A DNA stretch of 64,000 bases from Candidatus Latescibacterota bacterium (GTDB taxonomy: Bacteria > Latescibacterota > UBA2968), in contig JAYODI010000006.1 of the NCBI GenBank assembly GCA_038279365.1, forward strand, positions 22,268 through 86,267. The letters are read 5' to 3'. The notes beneath the pieces are model-generated. The model was not told the DNA's origin. It searched no databases and saw nothing but the letters and a program-made list of their open reading frames with translations. Both the position numbers and the translations under genes were made by a program. Positions 51,406 through 62,927 of the stretch are shown piece by piece (positions within the stretch are counted from its first letter, which is position 1; each line of letters begins with the position of its first letter).

Positions 51406-54400
51406 CTAATCTTGTGTGTCTTCTAGAACCACGTCGAGGCAAAGACTTTGCAACTCTTTTACCAACACGTTGAAAGACTCTGGAACGCCAGGTTCAGGTG
51501 GGTTCTCTCCCTTCACGATCGCCTCATAAATCCTCGAACGTCCGGCAACATCATCGGACTTAACGGTCAACATTTCTTGCAACATGTGTGCGGCACCATA
51601 TGCCTCCAATGCCCACACTTCCATTTCGCCAAACCGCTGCCCACCAAACTGTGCTTTGCCACCTAATGGCTGTTGGGTGACCAACGAATAAGGTCCAATA
51701 GAACGGGCATGAATCTTGTCGCTGACTAAATGCGACAATTTCAACATATAGATGACACCTACCAACACTTCTTTATCAAAGCATTCACCCGTTTTGCCGT
51801 CGTAGAGTTTTGCCTTGCCACTTTCTGGCAAATTGGCTTCTCTCAACAGCGCTTGCACATCTGAAAGATCTGCACCGTCAAAAACAGGCGTTGCAGTATG
51901 TATCCCCAATGTTTGGGCCGCCCACCCCAAATGGGTTTCGAGAATTTGGCCCAAGTTCATTCGAGAAGGAACACCCAATGGATTGAGAACCAAATCAATA
52001 GGTGTGCCATCTTCTAAGTAAGGCATATCCTCTTCGGGCACAATAATGGAAACAACACCTTTATTTCCATGCCGACCGGCCATTTTGTCGCCAACCATCA
52101 ACTTGCGTTTGCGGGCAACATATACTTTGACCAGTTGCACAATGCCCGGTGGCAATTCATCTCCACGAGCTATTTTTTCAAGCTCACGCTCCAACTCTTC
52201 TTCGGCCTGATAGATCACCTGTTCAGACAAATCGATCAGTCGATCAATCTTCTGGTTAATTGCTGGGCTATCACACCAACCTTCATCTGCTTGAAGCATA
52301 CCAAAATCAATCTTTTCGACTACTTTTTCGTTAAATGCAGTACCTGCACGTACCACCACAGAACCATCTTCCGTGTTGCGCAAAGTATTTACTTTTCGGC
52401 CGTCTAATAAGGCCAAAATTTGCTCAACGCGACTTGCCTTAATCGAAGCAATCTTTTCGGTTGCTTGTTTTTTAGCAATATTGGCCTTTTCTTTGTCTTC
52501 TTTTCGCGTTTTTTCATCACGTTCTTTGCGTGAAAAAACCTTGCGATCCATCACCACACCATCCATACCTGGTGGTGCTTTTAATGATGCATCACGCACG
52601 TCTCCGGCTTTTTCGCCAAAGATCGCACGCAACAAACGCTCTTCAGGTGACAGTTCCGTTTCACCCTTTGGTGTCACTTTACCGACCAAGATATCGCCTT
52701 GGCCGACTTCTGCACCCACGCGAATAATACCATGCTCATCTAAGTTTCTGACTGCCTGCTCACTCACATTGGGAATTTCACGCGTAATCTCTTCACTTCC
52801 GCGTTTGGTATCGCGAACTTGAAGTTCAAACTCCTCAATATGGATGGAGGTGAAAATATCTTTCTTGATCAAACGCTCAGAAATAATAATGGCATCTTCA
52901 AAGTTGTAACCATTCCAGGACATAAATGCAACCAACACATTTGCGCCCAATGCCAAATCACCACGATCTGTGGCACTGCCGTCGGCAAGTACTTGACCTT
53001 CTTCTATTTTATCACCCGCACGCACCAAAGGCCGCTGGTTGATGCACATATCTTGATTGGAACGTTTAAACTTTGTCAACCAATAGATGTCTTCATCAGA
53101 CAGGTCGATGCTTTCTACACTGCGACCTTTCCGACGTTTAATCACAATTTTATTGGCACTGACATAGGTAACAGTACCTGCATTTTTTGCCGTCACAACA
53201 GCTTTGGAGTCAATGGCAACCTTGCGCTCCATACCCGTACCAACACGTGGCGCATCGGTAATAAGCAAAGGAACACCTTGACGTTGCATATTCGAGCCCA
53301 TTAAAGCACGGTTGGCATCATCGTGCTCCAAAAATGGGATCAAACCTGCAGCCGCACTCACCATTTGAAAGGGTGAAACGTCCATGTAGTCGATTTGTTC
53401 GGGACTTACAACCGGAAAATCACCCCGACGCCGTGCTTGATTGACGTTGTTTTCGAACTTTCCGTCTGCAGAAACGGGCACATTGGCTTGTGCAATCGTA
53501 TGACGATCTTCCAAATCTGCAGGGAGATATTTAACTGTTTCGGTTACAGTGCCATCAACAACCACACGATAAGGTGTTTCTAAAAAGCCAAATGGGTTCA
53601 CGCGTGCATAGGTTGCAACCGATGCAATCAAACCAATATTGGGCCCTTCAGGCGTTTCAATAGGACAAATACGGCCATAGTGGGTATGATGTACATCGCG
53701 CACTTCGAAACCTGCACGATCACGGGTCAAACCACCTGGGCCTAAAGCAGACAAACGACGTTTGTGTGTCAATTCATCTAAGGGATTGGTTTGTTGCAAA
53801 AACTGAGACAATTGGCTGCTGCCGAAAAACGCTTGCACAACAGTAGACACTGTGCGCGCATTAACCACATCATGTGGGGTTAATTGATCGGAATCGCGCA
53901 AGCTCATACGCTCACGGATGGTGCGTGCCATTCGTGCCAAACCAATTGAAAATTGATTGGACAACAACTCGCCCACAGACCGTACACGGCGATTACCCAA
54001 ATGATCTATATCATCGGTAAAGCCTTGCCCCATTGCCAAACCCAACAAGTATTGGATGACCAAAATAAAATCATCGACACACAATGTGGTAAAGTTGAGT
54101 GGGATATCCATATCCAAACGTTGATTGATACGATATCGCCCAACCTCACCCAGGTGGTAACGACGGGGGCTAAAGAAATGACGCTCAAGCAATCCGCGAG
54201 CTGTTTCAATATTGGGCGGATCACCAGGCCTTAAAAGACTGTAAATGCGAGACAAAGCTTCTTCTTCATTGTCACAAGGATCTTTTGCCAATGTGTTAGA
54301 AACAATGCCACCATCATTTTTAGGATCAAGATCGAGCAAGGTCACTTGCGTGATCTTTTTTTCTTGAAGGGTTACAATCAATTCATCCGTTAAAGTCGTA

Positions 54401-55173
54401 TAGGCTTCAACAATGACTTCACCCGTTTTTTTATCAACAACATCTTCACTCACAACAGCATCGATCAATTCAGCATCCACTTTTGCCTGAGTATCACCAT
54501 GGAAGATACCCAAAATTTCTTCGCCTTTACCAAAACCCAAGGCACGAAGAAATGTGGTAACAGGCAACTTACGTTTCCTGTCAATATGCACATACATGAT
54601 GTCGTTGATGTCGAGGCTAAATTCCAGCCAAGCACCTTTGTATGGAATGATACGCGCGGAAAACAGCCGCTTGCCATTTGGATGAATGGTGTCATCAAAG
54701 AAAACACCCGGTGAACGATGCAACTGGCTGACAATGACCCGCTCAGAGCCATTGATGAGGAATGTGCCCTCATCTGTCATAAGGGGCAGTTCACCTAAGA
54801 AAACGGTCTGCTCGACAATATCCTTCACGCGAAAATCATTATCGCCTTGTTTTTCTCGTGAAATCAAACGCAAAGTTGCACGCAAAGGCGCGGCATATGT
54901 CGTGCCGCGCTCAAGGCATTCAACAACACTGTACTTGGGTGTTCCAATAGAATAATCCACAAACTCTAACGAATAAAGGTTGTGGACATCGGTAATCGGG
55001 AAGACACTATTGAAGACCGCCTGGAGGCCTTGTTTGGCACGTTCTCCAGGCGGTACATCTCTCTGCAAAAACCAGTTGTATGAATCGATTTGAATATCAA
55101 GAAGATCTGGCATCTCGATTGCAGATTTAATCTTTCCGTACGACTTCCTCTCGATAAAGCCTTTATCTGCCAA
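51406..55173 (-). CDS. rpoB: RNA polymerase beta subunit
   Basis: [24 protein letters not shown] start. Confidence 0.99.
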   Translation of the reverse strand: MADKGFIERKSYGKIKSAIEMPDLLDIQIDSYNWFLQRDVPPGERAKQGLQAVFNSVFPITDVHNLYSLEFVDYSIGTPKYSVVECLERGTTYAAPLRATLRLISREKQGDNDFRVKDIVEQTVFLGELPLMTDEGTFLINGSERVIVSQLHRSPGVFFDDTIHPNGKRLFSARIIPYKGAWLEFSLDINDIMYVHIDRKRKLPVTTFLRALGFGKGEEILGIFHGDTQAKVDAELIDAVVSEDVVDKKTGEVIVEAYTTLTDELIVTLQEKKITQVTLLDLDPKNDGGIVSNTLAKDPCDNEEEALSRIYSLLRPGDPPNIETARGLLERHFFSPRRYHLGEVGRYRINQRLDMDIPLNFTTLCVDDFILVIQYLLGLAMGQGFTDDIDHLGNRRVRSVGELLSNQFSIGLARMARTIRERMSLRDSDQLTPHDVVNARTVSTVVQAFFGSSQLSQFLQQTNPLDELTHKRRLSALGPGGLTRDRAGFEVRDVHHTHYGRICPIETPEGPNIGLIASVATYARVNPFGFLETPYRVVVDGTVTETVKYLPADLEDRHTIAQANVPVSADGKFENNVNQARRRGDFPVVSPEQIDYMDVSPFQMVSAAAGLIPFLEHDDANRALMGSNMQRQGVPLLITDAPRVGTGMERKVAIDSKAVVTAKNAGTVTYVSANKIVIKRRKGRSVESIDLSDEDIYWLTKFKRSNQDMCINQRPLVRAGDKIEEGQVLADGSATDRGDLALGANVLVAFMSWNGYNFEDAIIISERLIKKDIFTSIHIEEFELQVRDTKRGSEEITREIPNVSEQAVRNLDEHGIIRVGAEVGQGDILVGKVTPKGETELSPEERLLRAIFGEKAGDVRDASLKAPPGMDGVVMDRKVFSRKERDEKTRKEDKEKANIAKKQATEKIASIKASRVEQILALLDGRKVNTLRNTEDGSVVVRAGTAFNEKVVEKIDFGMLQADEGWCDSPAINQKIDRLIDLSEQVIYQAEEELERELEKIARGDELPPGIVQLVKVYVARKRKLMVGDKMAGRHGNKGVVSIIVPEEDMPYLEDGTPIDLVLNPLGVPSRMNLGQILETHLGWAAQTLGIHTATPVFDGADLSDVQALLREANLPESGKAKLYDGKTGECFDKEVLVGVIYMLKLSHLVSDKIHARSIGPYSLVTQQPLGGKAQFGGQRFGEMEVWALEAYGAAHMLQEMLTVKSDDVAGRSRIYEAIVKGENPPEPGVPESFNVLVKELQSLCLDVVLEDTQD

Positions 55174-55244
55174 GGGCTCACGCTCCTGTGCTGAAATAAC
55201 GATCGGTGACGGGTTGGAGATCTGTGCGTTTCACCACTGAAAGA

Positions 55245-55616
55245 CTACTTAACTTCGACCATAGCCCCAGCTTCTTCCAACTCAGCCTTGATTTGTGCGG
55301 CTTCTTCGGCGGAAACAGCTTCTTTAATGGTGTTGGGAGCATCATCAACAAGTGCTTTGGCTTCTTTCAAGCCCAAACCTGTGATGCCACGAACAACCTT
55401 GATGACTTGAATTTTCTTATCACCAGCTGCAGACAAAATCACATCAAACTCAGATTGTGCTTCTGCTGCAGGAGCCGCATCGCCACCACCTGCTGGGGCA
55501 GCCATTACGGCAGCTTGTGCTGTAACACCAAATTTTTCTTCCAATGCCTTGACCAACTCAGCCAACTCGAGCACAGAAAGTTTTTCAATTTCACCAATAA
55601 TTGATTCGACTGCCAT
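55245..55616 (-). CDS. rplL: 50S ribosomal protein L7/L12
   Basis: [28 protein letters not shown]. Confidence 0.98.
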   Translation of the reverse strand: MAVESIIGEIEKLSVLELAELVKALEEKFGVTAQAAVMAAPAGGGDAAPAAEAQSEFDVILSAAGDKKIQVIKVVRGITGLGLKEAKALVDDAPNTIKEAVSAEEAAQIKAELEEAGAMVEVK

Positions 55617-55687
55617 TTTACGTCCTCCGTCCACCTTGTAAGAATTGATGTGGCAATATAAAGTTAATAAAAATTAAGGCTTTACGT

Positions 55688-56215
55688 TTAGCCTTCTGCT
55701 TGCTTTTTATCTGCAACAGCTTGTAATGTAGCAACAAATTTTTGTATGATACCATTAAGGGTATAAACCAAGCCCGTAATAGGACTCTGCATGGCTGTAA
55801 CCATTTGAGACAGCAACACTTCGCGCGAAGGCAACTTTGCCAAAGCTTCAAGTTGGGCATCGACGTATACATCCCCGTCAACATATCCAGCCTTAATGAC
55901 AGGCTTGCCATCACTGCCTTCGGCAAATTTGCTCAAAACCCGAGCAGGTGCAACGGGATCCCCTTCGGAGCAAACCAAGCTCGTAGGCCCAACAAATAAA
56001 TCATCGAGGCCTTCTACACCCGCTTCTTTAACGGCAATTTTGGCCAAACGATTTTTAACCACCAAAAACGAAACATCTACATCACGCAATTGCTTGCGCA
56101 ACTCTGTTACAGTGGGCACATCAAGACCTGTAAAATCTGTCAGGTAAATCCCTTTAGATTGCTTGAGCAATTGTGTGAGATTTTCAACTGTGGCCACCTT
56201 CTGGGCAGTAGGCAT
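55688..56215 (-). CDS. rplJ: 50S ribosomal protein L10
   Basis: DFTGL, VVKNRL, LAKLPSREVL. Confidence 0.97.
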   Translation of the reverse strand: MPTAQKVATVENLTQLLKQSKGIYLTDFTGLDVPTVTELRKQLRDVDVSFLVVKNRLAKIAVKEAGVEGLDDLFVGPTSLVCSEGDPVAPARVLSKFAEGSDGKPVIKAGYVDGDVYVDAQLEALAKLPSREVLLSQMVTAMQSPITGLVYTLNGIIQKFVATLQAVADKKQAEG

Positions 56216-56240
56216 CTACATTTCCTTCCTACACAAAAAA

Positions 56241-56939
56241 TCAATTGGCTAATGTTGTTCGGTCCAAGCGGATGCCCGGGCCCATTGTCGATGACAGTGT
56301 CACCGAACGCAAGTATTGCCCTTTTGCAGCCGAGGGCCGTGCCCGCACAATGGCATCGATAACGGCTTGTGCATTTTCAACAAGACGTTGAACATCAAAC
56401 GAAGCCTTGCCAATAGGAGAATGAATATTGGATGTTTTATCTACACGAAACTCAACGCGCCCAGCCTTAGCTTCTTCGACTGCGCGAGCAACATCGGGTG
56501 TAACCGTACCACTTTTGGGGTTGGGCATCAAACCACGCGGGCCAAGAACGCGCCCCAAACGCCCCACTTGCCCCATCATGTCAGGTGTGGCGATGGCAAC
56601 ATCAAAGTCTGTCCATCCACCATTGACTTTTTCAACCAAGTCTTCAGCACCGACCACATCAGCACCAGCGGCTTCTGCAGCGGCAGCAGGATCACCCTTT
56701 GCAAAGACAATAATGCGAACCGATTTGCCCAAGCCATGTGGCAAGGCAACGGTTCCACGCACTTGCTGGTCAGCATGGCGTGGATCAACCCCTAAACGGA
56801 ATGTGAGTTCAACGGTCTCATCAAATTTCCGTGAAGGCATTTTTTTTAAAATACCGACTGCATCAGCCAAAGGATATTGACTTTGGCGATCATACAGTGT
56901 AGCGGCTTCCTGATAAATCTTAGATTTTCCCCGTGCCAT
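56241..56939 (-). CDS. rplA: 50S ribosomal protein L1
   Basis: [30 protein letters not shown]. Confidence 0.98.
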   Translation of the reverse strand: MARGKSKIYQEAATLYDRQSQYPLADAVGILKKMPSRKFDETVELTFRLGVDPRHADQQVRGTVALPHGLGKSVRIIVFAKGDPAAAAEAAGADVVGAEDLVEKVNGGWTDFDVAIATPDMMGQVGRLGRVLGPRGLMPNPKSGTVTPDVARAVEEAKAGRVEFRVDKTSNIHSPIGKASFDVQRLVENAQAVIDAIVRARPSAAKGQYLRSVTLSSTMGPGIRLDRTTLAN

Positions 56940-56952
56940 TGTATCTCCTGCG

Positions 56953-57378
56953 TCACTTTTCGACGGTTAATCCCATACTACGAGCGGTACCAGCGATCAT
57001 GCTCATGGCAGATTCAACACTCGCTGCGTTCAAGTCTACCATTTTTTGTTCGGCAATTTCTTTGAGTTGGCTTTGCGTAACTTGCCCAACTTTGGTGCGA
57101 TTTGACTCAGGTGATCCTTTTGGGATACTTGCTGCACGCATGAGCAAAACAGCTGCAGGCGGGCTTTTCAACACAAAAGAAAAGCTACGATCTGCATAAA
57201 CCGTAATGAGAGCCGGAATGATCAGACCTTGTCTGTCTTGGGTTTGCGCATTGAACGCTTTGCAAAATTCCATAATGTTCAACCCGTGTTGACCTAATGC
57301 GGGGCCAACGGGAGGGGTTGGTGTTGCTTGCCCTCCTGGAATTTGCAACTTAATAGTGGTAAGAATTTTTCGAGCCAT
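56953..57378 (-). CDS. rplK: 50S ribosomal protein L11
   Basis: [22 protein letters not shown]. Confidence 0.98.
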   Translation of the reverse strand: MARKILTTIKLQIPGGQATPTPPVGPALGQHGLNIMEFCKAFNAQTQDRQGLIIPALITVYADRSFSFVLKSPPAAVLLMRAASIPKGSPESNRTKVGQVTQSQLKEIAEQKMVDLNAASVESAMSMIAGTARSMGLTVEK

Positions 57379-57395
57379 CTGCCCCTCTTAATTTG

Positions 57396-57935
57396 TTAGG
57401 CATCAACCGCTTCTTCAACCTGCAAAACGTCTAATTCAACAGGCGTGTTGCGGCCAAAGATGCTGACCATCACTTTGATTTTACTTTTTTCTGGGTTGAT
57501 ATCGTCAACCAAACCAATAAAGTCGCTAAAAGGACCATCTATCACTTTTACACGATCACCCACTTGATATGGAATATCTTCCGACTCTTCAACCAGACGA
57601 CGTTCTATTTGTCCTAAAATACGTTCAACTTCATCCGTACGCAGCGGCTGTGGTTTACGCCCAGGACCAACAAAGCTGGTCACCCCTGGCACATTGGTCA
57701 CAAAATGGAGAGATTCTTTGTCCATATCCATTTCAACCAACAAATAGCTGGGCAAGAATTTTTTCATAGATGTTGTCTTGCGACCATCGCGCATTTCAAC
57801 AATTTCTTCTTGTGGCACAACAACTTGCGAAATCTTATCGCCAATCTCAGAATTTGCCTTGGCGTTTTCGATATAGCTTTTAACTTTGTTTTCGTGCCCA
57901 GAATATGTATGAACTACGTACCAACGCTGTGCCAT
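57396..57935 (-). CDS. nusG: Transcription termination/antitermination factor NusG
   Basis: WYVVHTYSGHE, KOW VIDGPF, SIFGRNTPVEL. Confidence 0.98.
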   Translation of the reverse strand: MAQRWYVVHTYSGHENKVKSYIENAKANSEIGDKISQVVVPQEEIVEMRDGRKTTSMKKFLPSYLLVEMDMDKESLHFVTNVPGVTSFVGPGRKPQPLRTDEVERILGQIERRLVEESEDIPYQVGDRVKVIDGPFSDFIGLVDDINPEKSKIKVMVSIFGRNTPVELDVLQVEEAVDA

Positions 57936-57948
57936 TGGGCATCTCCAA

Positions 57949-58134
57949 TTATATCAACACCAAATCCATAATGCCAGCCAAAATGTAATCAACAACAAAA
58001 ATGAAGACCGCCAAAGCGAGCGACAGCCCCAACACAATCGTTGTTGAAGACTTCAGCTCCTCTTGGGTTGGCCAAGTCACTTTTCCCATCTCAGCTTGAA
58101 CTTCTCGAATAAACTGGGCAATTTTTCCAAACAT
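57949..58134 (-). CDS. secE: Preprotein translocase SecE (single TM)
   Basis: EMGKVTWPT motif then a TM; position before nusG. Confidence 0.95.
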   Translation of the reverse strand: MFGKIAQFIREVQAEMGKVTWPTQEELKSSTTIVLGLSLALAVFIFVVDYILAGIMDLVLI

Positions 58135-58196
58135 AGTATTTGTCTCAAGAGAGCACCGAATGTGATCCAACTTAACATGTCGGAACTGTCATAAAA

Positions 58197-58272
58197 TGGC
58201 AGGCCAGCCAGGACTTGAACCCGGAACCACCGGTTTTGGAGACCGACGCTCTACCAATTGAGCTACTGACCC
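58197..58272 (-). tRNA. tRNA-Trp (CCA)
   Basis: 76-nt cloverleaf, anticodon loop CT-CCA-AA, encoded CCA end. Confidence 0.97.
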
Positions 58273-58301
58273 ACCCGATCAGAACGGATGAAACAAAAAA
58301 G

Positions 58302-58377
58302 TGGAGCCCACGACCGGACTTGAACCGGTGACCTCCTCCTTACCAAGGAGGTGCTCTACCGACTGAGCTACATGGGC
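58302..58377 (-). tRNA. tRNA-Thr (GGT)
   Basis: 76-nt cloverleaf, CCTCC-TT-GGT-AA-GGAGG. Confidence 0.97.
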
Positions 58378-58395
58378 AACATAAGTGCCATTTTC

Positions 58396-58472
58396 TGGAG
58401 CGGGAAACGGGATTCGAACCCGCGACCCTCAGCTTGGAAGGCTGACGCTCTAGCCAGCTGAGCTATTCCCGC
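58396..58472 (-). tRNA. tRNA-Gly (TCC)
   Basis: 77-nt cloverleaf, TCAGC-CT-TCC-AA-GCTGA. Confidence 0.97.
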
Positions 58473-58551
58473 CCATAAATCAATAAAAAACAACCCTTTT
58501 CACTAAAAGGGCGCTGGTAGACCATGAAAAATTTTCTTCCGAAGAATTTTT

Positions 58552-58580
58552 AATATATGCAAAAGAGGAGAGGCCGTCAA
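58552..58580 (-). promoter_or_regulatory. Sigma70-type promoter for tRNA-Gly/Thr/Trp-secE
   Basis: TTGACG-N17-TATATT. Confidence 0.7.
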
Positions 58581-58662
58581 GATTTTTTTGTCGTAAGTAT
58601 ACGGTAGGTAAGGAGTTTTGTGAAATGACACCCAACTCCCTTATTTGGAAGGAAAATAAAAA

Positions 58663-58748
58663 TGGTGGGAAGTGGCGGATTCGAACCACCGAAGGCAAGA
58701 GCCAGTAGATTTACAGTCTACCCCATTTGGCCGCTTTGGTAACTTCCC
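58663..58748 (-). tRNA. tRNA-Tyr (GTA)
   Basis: 86 nt with long variable arm, GTAGA-CT-GTA-AA-TCTAC, encoded CCA. Confidence 0.96.
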
Positions 58749-58770
58749 ACCCATTTTTTAACAGGCGTAG

Positions 58771-58799
58771 AAAATACAAGTGTAACGCCCGATAGTCAA
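58771..58799 (-). promoter_or_regulatory. Sigma70-type promoter for tRNA-Tyr
   Basis: TTGACT-N17-TATTTT. Confidence 0.65.
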
Positions 58800-58843
58800 G
58801 TCAAAAATGCGAACAAAATACCACAAATTAAGCCATTTGCACA

Positions 58844-58872
58844 TTGACAAAGCCAAGACCCTTTGCTATTAT
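58844..58872 (+). promoter_or_regulatory. Sigma70-type promoter
   Basis: TTGACA-N17-TATTAT. Confidence 0.75.
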
Positions 58873-58923
58873 TGGCGCCACTTATGCATTTTTTGTCTTT
58901 CACAACAAAGGAGTTGCTTTCCA

Positions 58924-59838
58924 ATGACAGAGCCCATTCAAAATTATGCACGTATTGGCATTGTGCACTTTATGGCATACAAAGCTTGTATCGGTGGTGA
59001 AGGCCCCATCGTTGAAACCCTTGAAAAAATTGCCACAGATCCTTATTTCCAAGTGGTAGAAGTCACCCATATGAAAGATGCCACAGTGCGTGCCCAAGCA
59101 CGAGACTTGCTTAAATCCGCTCATATGGATGTTGCATTTGGTGCCCAACCCATTTTATTGGGAAACAAATACAATATCAACTCTCCAGACGCCAACCATC
59201 GCAAAGAGGCCATTGCTGCCGTTAAAGCAGGCATCGACCAAGCCGAAGAATTGGGAGCACCCAGCTGTGCACTGCTTTCTGGTGCAGACCCAGGTGATGC
59301 GGCACGTGAAGAAGGCTTAGATCTTTTGGTGGACTCTCTCAACCAATTGTGTGATTATGCTGGCAATAAAGGTATGGGTATTACCTTAGAGACCTTCGAC
59401 CGCCTGCCATTTGGCAAAAATTGTATTATTGGGCCCAATGCTTTGGCCGTGGAAGTGTCCAACCGCTTGCGTCGCCAATATCCAAACTTTGGCCTGATGC
59501 TCGATTTGAGCCATTTTCCACTTCAAGGTGAAAGCACCGCCTATTCTCTTAACATTGCACGTGACCACATTGTCCAAATGCATTTGGGAAATTGTGTGAT
59601 GACCAACCCAGACCACCCAGCTTATGGCGACAATCACCCTCGTTTTGGGTGCGAAGATGGCGAAAATGATGTGCCAGAAGTGGTAGACTTTTTAAAAGAA
59701 TTGCTCAATATTGGTTATCTCGACCCAGAAAAACGTCCTATCTTAAGCTTTGAAGTTGCGCCAATGCCAGGAGAATCTTCAGAAGTGATTATTGCCAATT
59801 CAAAGCGCGTGCTCGATGAAGCGTGGGCATTGGTATAA
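58924..59838 (+). CDS. Xylose-isomerase-like TIM barrel (sugar phosphate isomerase/epimerase family)
   Basis: ITLETFD, LMLDLSH, QMHLGN, LSFEV metal-ligand pattern; AAGGAG RBS. Confidence 0.85.
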   Translation: MTEPIQNYARIGIVHFMAYKACIGGEGPIVETLEKIATDPYFQVVEVTHMKDATVRAQARDLLKSAHMDVAFGAQPILLGNKYNINSPDANHRKEAIAAVKAGIDQAEELGAPSCALLSGADPGDAAREEGLDLLVDSLNQLCDYAGNKGMGITLETFDRLPFGKNCIIGPNALAVEVSNRLRRQYPNFGLMLDLSHFPLQGESTAYSLNIARDHIVQMHLGNCVMTNPDHPAYGDNHPRFGCEDGENDVPEVVDFLKELLNIGYLDPEKRPILSFEVAPMPGESSEVIIANSKRVLDEAWALV

Positions 59839-59857
59839 CTTGCCGCTTAAACATTTT

Positions 59858-59898
59858 AAAAGCCGGTGTTTTCCAAAGGAAGACGTCCGGCTTTTTTT
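59858..59898 (+). terminator. Intrinsic terminator
   Basis: AAAAGCCGG...TTCC-AAA-GGAA...CCGGCTTTTTTT imperfect hairpin with U tract. Confidence 0.7.
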
Positions 59899-59912
59899 AT
59901 AAGGAATGGCAG

Positions 59913-61637
59913 ATGGGTTTTGACAAACGCAAATTACAATTTTACACGGCCAGCGTTTTAACAGTGCTCTTGGTGGTCATGGCCGTCGCATGGGCCACAC
60001 ACGCCCTTGCCATTTATCGCACAACCCTCGAACGCCAAATGGCAGAAGACAACGAAATCGTCAAGGCCAATTTAAGCATCATTATAGATCAGGTAACCAA
60101 ACAATATGTAGAAAAAAACCAAGTAATCCATCAAATACAAAATGTCTTAGAAGCCCTTGAATCCAAAGGCTGGAAGGGTTTTGCCTGTGTCTTAGACGAA
60201 CAAGGCAAAGTGCTTGCCCACCCCAATCGTCAAATGGTGGGCATGCGCGCACCATTTGAAACCTACAAACCCCAGACCCTATTGGGACAAATGCCACCGC
60301 CTGTTACAAAACTTTCCGAAGGACATCAAAAAACTTCGGCCATTTATCGCACCCAATCAGATATTATTGCCATAGACTGGTTACCAGACCTGATGACCTA
60401 TCTTTGCGTGCACAAATCGCACCGCCCCGTATCTGATCAAATCAATAACCTGCGCCAACGCCTCATGGGTGTGGGGCTTATCATCATCGGTCTTGCCAGC
60501 ACAGGGTCTTGGTTCTTTGTGGGCTGGCTGGTTGAACGCTATGAAAACCATCTTGCCCAATCTGAACAACGAAACCGAACACTTGTTCAAAACAGTGCCC
60601 CTATTGTCATTTCCACCCCCGATGGTCTCATCCTAGACATCAATCCTGCAGCTGAAAATCTCTTTCAGGCCCATCGCAGTGAATTGCTCAACTCGGCCTT
60701 TGAAAAACTTTGGCCTACCAAACACCACGCAAAATTTCAAACCCTGCTCCTTGTAGCCCCCCAGCAAACTGCCGAATACCACAACTTAGATATCATCACG
60801 TCTCCAAAACACCCCAAGCCTGTCGATGTGCGCGCCTGTCGCATTGAATATGGCAACCAAGATGCCATATATTTTTTACTTCGCGACGTAACTGAAAACA
60901 GACGGGCCCAAGAAGAAATGCTGGCGGCAAACCAGCGTCTTAAAGACCTCGACCAACTCAAAACAGACTTTATCAACACCGTCTCTCACGAATTGCGCAC
61001 CCCGCTCACTTCTATGCGTTGGTCAACAGAATCTTTATCCCAACTTGTAAGTCAAAATGACGAAACCGTTGCTAAATTGTTGCGCATTCTCCGTGACGAC
61101 AACCAGCGTTTGGCCACTATGATTGAAGAGCTGCTCAGTTTTGCCCGTTTGGATGCTGGCAAGTTACAACTGAATATGTCAACAATAAACCTGTCTCAGA
61201 TCTTGCGTGCCGCCCAAGAAGAAATCGCACCACTTGCCCAACAAAAAAATATCATATTCAATGAAATAAATATGTTAGAAGAAATAGGCCTTCTGGCAGA
61301 TCCAGAACAAATTCATCGTGTTGTCATTAACTTATTAGACAATGCCATAAAATACACCCCTCAAAATGGACACGTGTCTATCGCAATGACCGCAACCAAC
61401 CAAGAGGCAACCTTCACCATTTCAGATACTGGCATCGGTATTGCAGATCGAGACCAAAGCCATATTTTTGATAAATTTTACCGTACAGACCAATCGGATG
61501 TTCAAAAAGAACGCGGCACAGGACTGGGCCTATCTATTGTAAAAGGCATCGTTGAGGCACACGCTGGCACCGTTACTGTCAAAAGTGAAATCGGGCAAGG
61601 TACCACATTTCAAGTTATTTTACCACGCAACAGCTAA
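59913..61637 (+). CDS. Membrane sensor histidine kinase (Cache-like periplasmic domain, PAS, HisKA, HATPase)
   Basis: Two TMs, VLDEQGKVLAHP, PAS ending RDVTE, SHELRTPL, NLLDNAIKYT, GTGLGL. Confidence 0.93.
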   Translation: MGFDKRKLQFYTASVLTVLLVVMAVAWATHALAIYRTTLERQMAEDNEIVKANLSIIIDQVTKQYVEKNQVIHQIQNVLEALESKGWKGFACVLDEQGKVLAHPNRQMVGMRAPFETYKPQTLLGQMPPPVTKLSEGHQKTSAIYRTQSDIIAIDWLPDLMTYLCVHKSHRPVSDQINNLRQRLMGVGLIIIGLASTGSWFFVGWLVERYENHLAQSEQRNRTLVQNSAPIVISTPDGLILDINPAAENLFQAHRSELLNSAFEKLWPTKHHAKFQTLLLVAPQQTAEYHNLDIITSPKHPKPVDVRACRIEYGNQDAIYFLLRDVTENRRAQEEMLAANQRLKDLDQLKTDFINTVSHELRTPLTSMRWSTESLSQLVSQNDETVAKLLRILRDDNQRLATMIEELLSFARLDAGKLQLNMSTINLSQILRAAQEEIAPLAQQKNIIFNEINMLEEIGLLADPEQIHRVVINLLDNAIKYTPQNGHVSIAMTATNQEATFTISDTGIGIADRDQSHIFDKFYRTDQSDVQKERGTGLGLSIVKGIVEAHAGTVTVKSEIGQGTTFQVILPRNS

Positions 61638-61727
61638 TGGAAAAACTTTACAACTGGAGAAATTCTCCAAAAAGCCGATAACATTGAATAACGATCTGCC
61701 TCATAAACCAAACACCATAAATTCTCC

Positions 61728-62927
61728 ATGAAAACCATTCTCCCCTACACAATGGTAGTCTTCTTGGCATTGGGCTGTGCCACCACATTGCCCCAACAAA
61801 GCCCAAGTGCTCCCCATTCAACACCACAATTACCTAAAAAAACAAATAGAAATGCAACGGCCTATGAAGCTTCGGCTTGGCAACTGTTTCGCAGTGCTGA
61901 TTATGTCAGAGCGCTTCGCCTTGCGTATCTGGCAACAGAAATTCGCCCCCAAGAGCCCAGCAGCGCGCTTTTGGTTGGCCTCATTTATGACCAAGGATTT
62001 AATCGCCCCGATTTGGCCTTATCTGCCTATAACCAAATTTTACAGCAAACGCCTCACTATGAAGGGGTTGACCTTTTACAGCCACGCCTGCCCTACCTGT
62101 TTCGTCGCACCCAAGAAAGAGCAGCCCAAATCTCATTGCAACATCAAAATGTGCCCCCGCTTCAAGGAACGCCATTGGCCCTGTTTCCCATACTGCCTTG
62201 GTCGCCTAACAAAACCGACGCCGCATTTGCACTTGGTTTAACAGATATGTTGCTTTCCGAGTTTTTGGGTGATCACACAACACTTCCATTTTTACGCACC
62301 CAACTGCTTGCCCACGCTTACCTCGAAGCCTTTCCCAATGCCGATGCAAAAGCATTTGCCCAATGGGCAGGCGCAGATCAAACACTGTCTGGCATTTTGA
62401 TACATAGCAGAAATCACAAAATCACTCTCACCCTCACATTAACCAATGCGTGGGGGCAAACCATTCACGAATTTCCACCTGTTGTTGGGCACATGAATGC
62501 CCTCCCAGAATTTCGGGAAAGTCTGATTCACACCGTTTCTCAAATTCTTGACCATTCCATCTCTGAGGATCCTCAATCATTCCCATCATCCTTAGCGCTT
62601 ACCCTCTACGGTCAAGCCCTCGGCGCTTACCTTGCAGGAGATTCTGAACAAGCGCAAAAACACATTGCTGGCGCCATAAGCCTTGCCCCAAACACAGCAC
62701 GAATAATTCAATTGGATCAATGGATTCGGGCCGACCATGTAGGCAGTCAAATTGGTAATGACCTTATAGCACTTTACCAGTCGCTAAAATTTCAGCCCAA
62801 CCCTCACCAAGCCGCCTCACAACGCATTTTGGCCACACAAAACCTATTGATGCCAAACAACAGCTTAGATACGGCAAAAGAAACTTTAATGCCTTTTACC
62901 CCCCCCAAACCGGAGACTGTGCCATGA
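61728..62927 (+). CDS. TPR-containing lipoprotein, hypothetical
   Basis: Lipobox LALGC; helical repeats; central region loosely TolB_N/CsgG-like. Confidence 0.7.
   Translation: MKTILPYTMVVFLALGCATTLPQQSPSAPHSTPQLPKKTNRNATAYEASAWQLFRSADYVRALRLAYLATEIRPQEPSSALLVGLIYDQGFNRPDLALSAYNQILQQTPHYEGVDLLQPRLPYLFRRTQERAAQISLQHQNVPPLQGTPLALFPILPWSPNKTDAAFALGLTDMLLSEFLGDHTTLPFLRTQLLAHAYLEAFPNADAKAFAQWAGADQTLSGILIHSRNHKITLTLTLTNAWGQTIHEFPPVVGHMNALPEFRESLIHTVSQILDHSISEDPQSFPSSLALTLYGQALGAYLAGDSEQAQKHIAGAISLAPNTARIIQLDQWIRADHVGSQIGNDLIALYQSLKFQPNPHQAASQRILATQNLLMPNNSLDTAKETLMPFTPPKPETVP

Noticed and set aside
58473-58662. Integrative-element attachment site in the tRNA cluster
   Set aside because: No duplicated tRNA 3' end or integrase; the gap is explained by an internal promoter.
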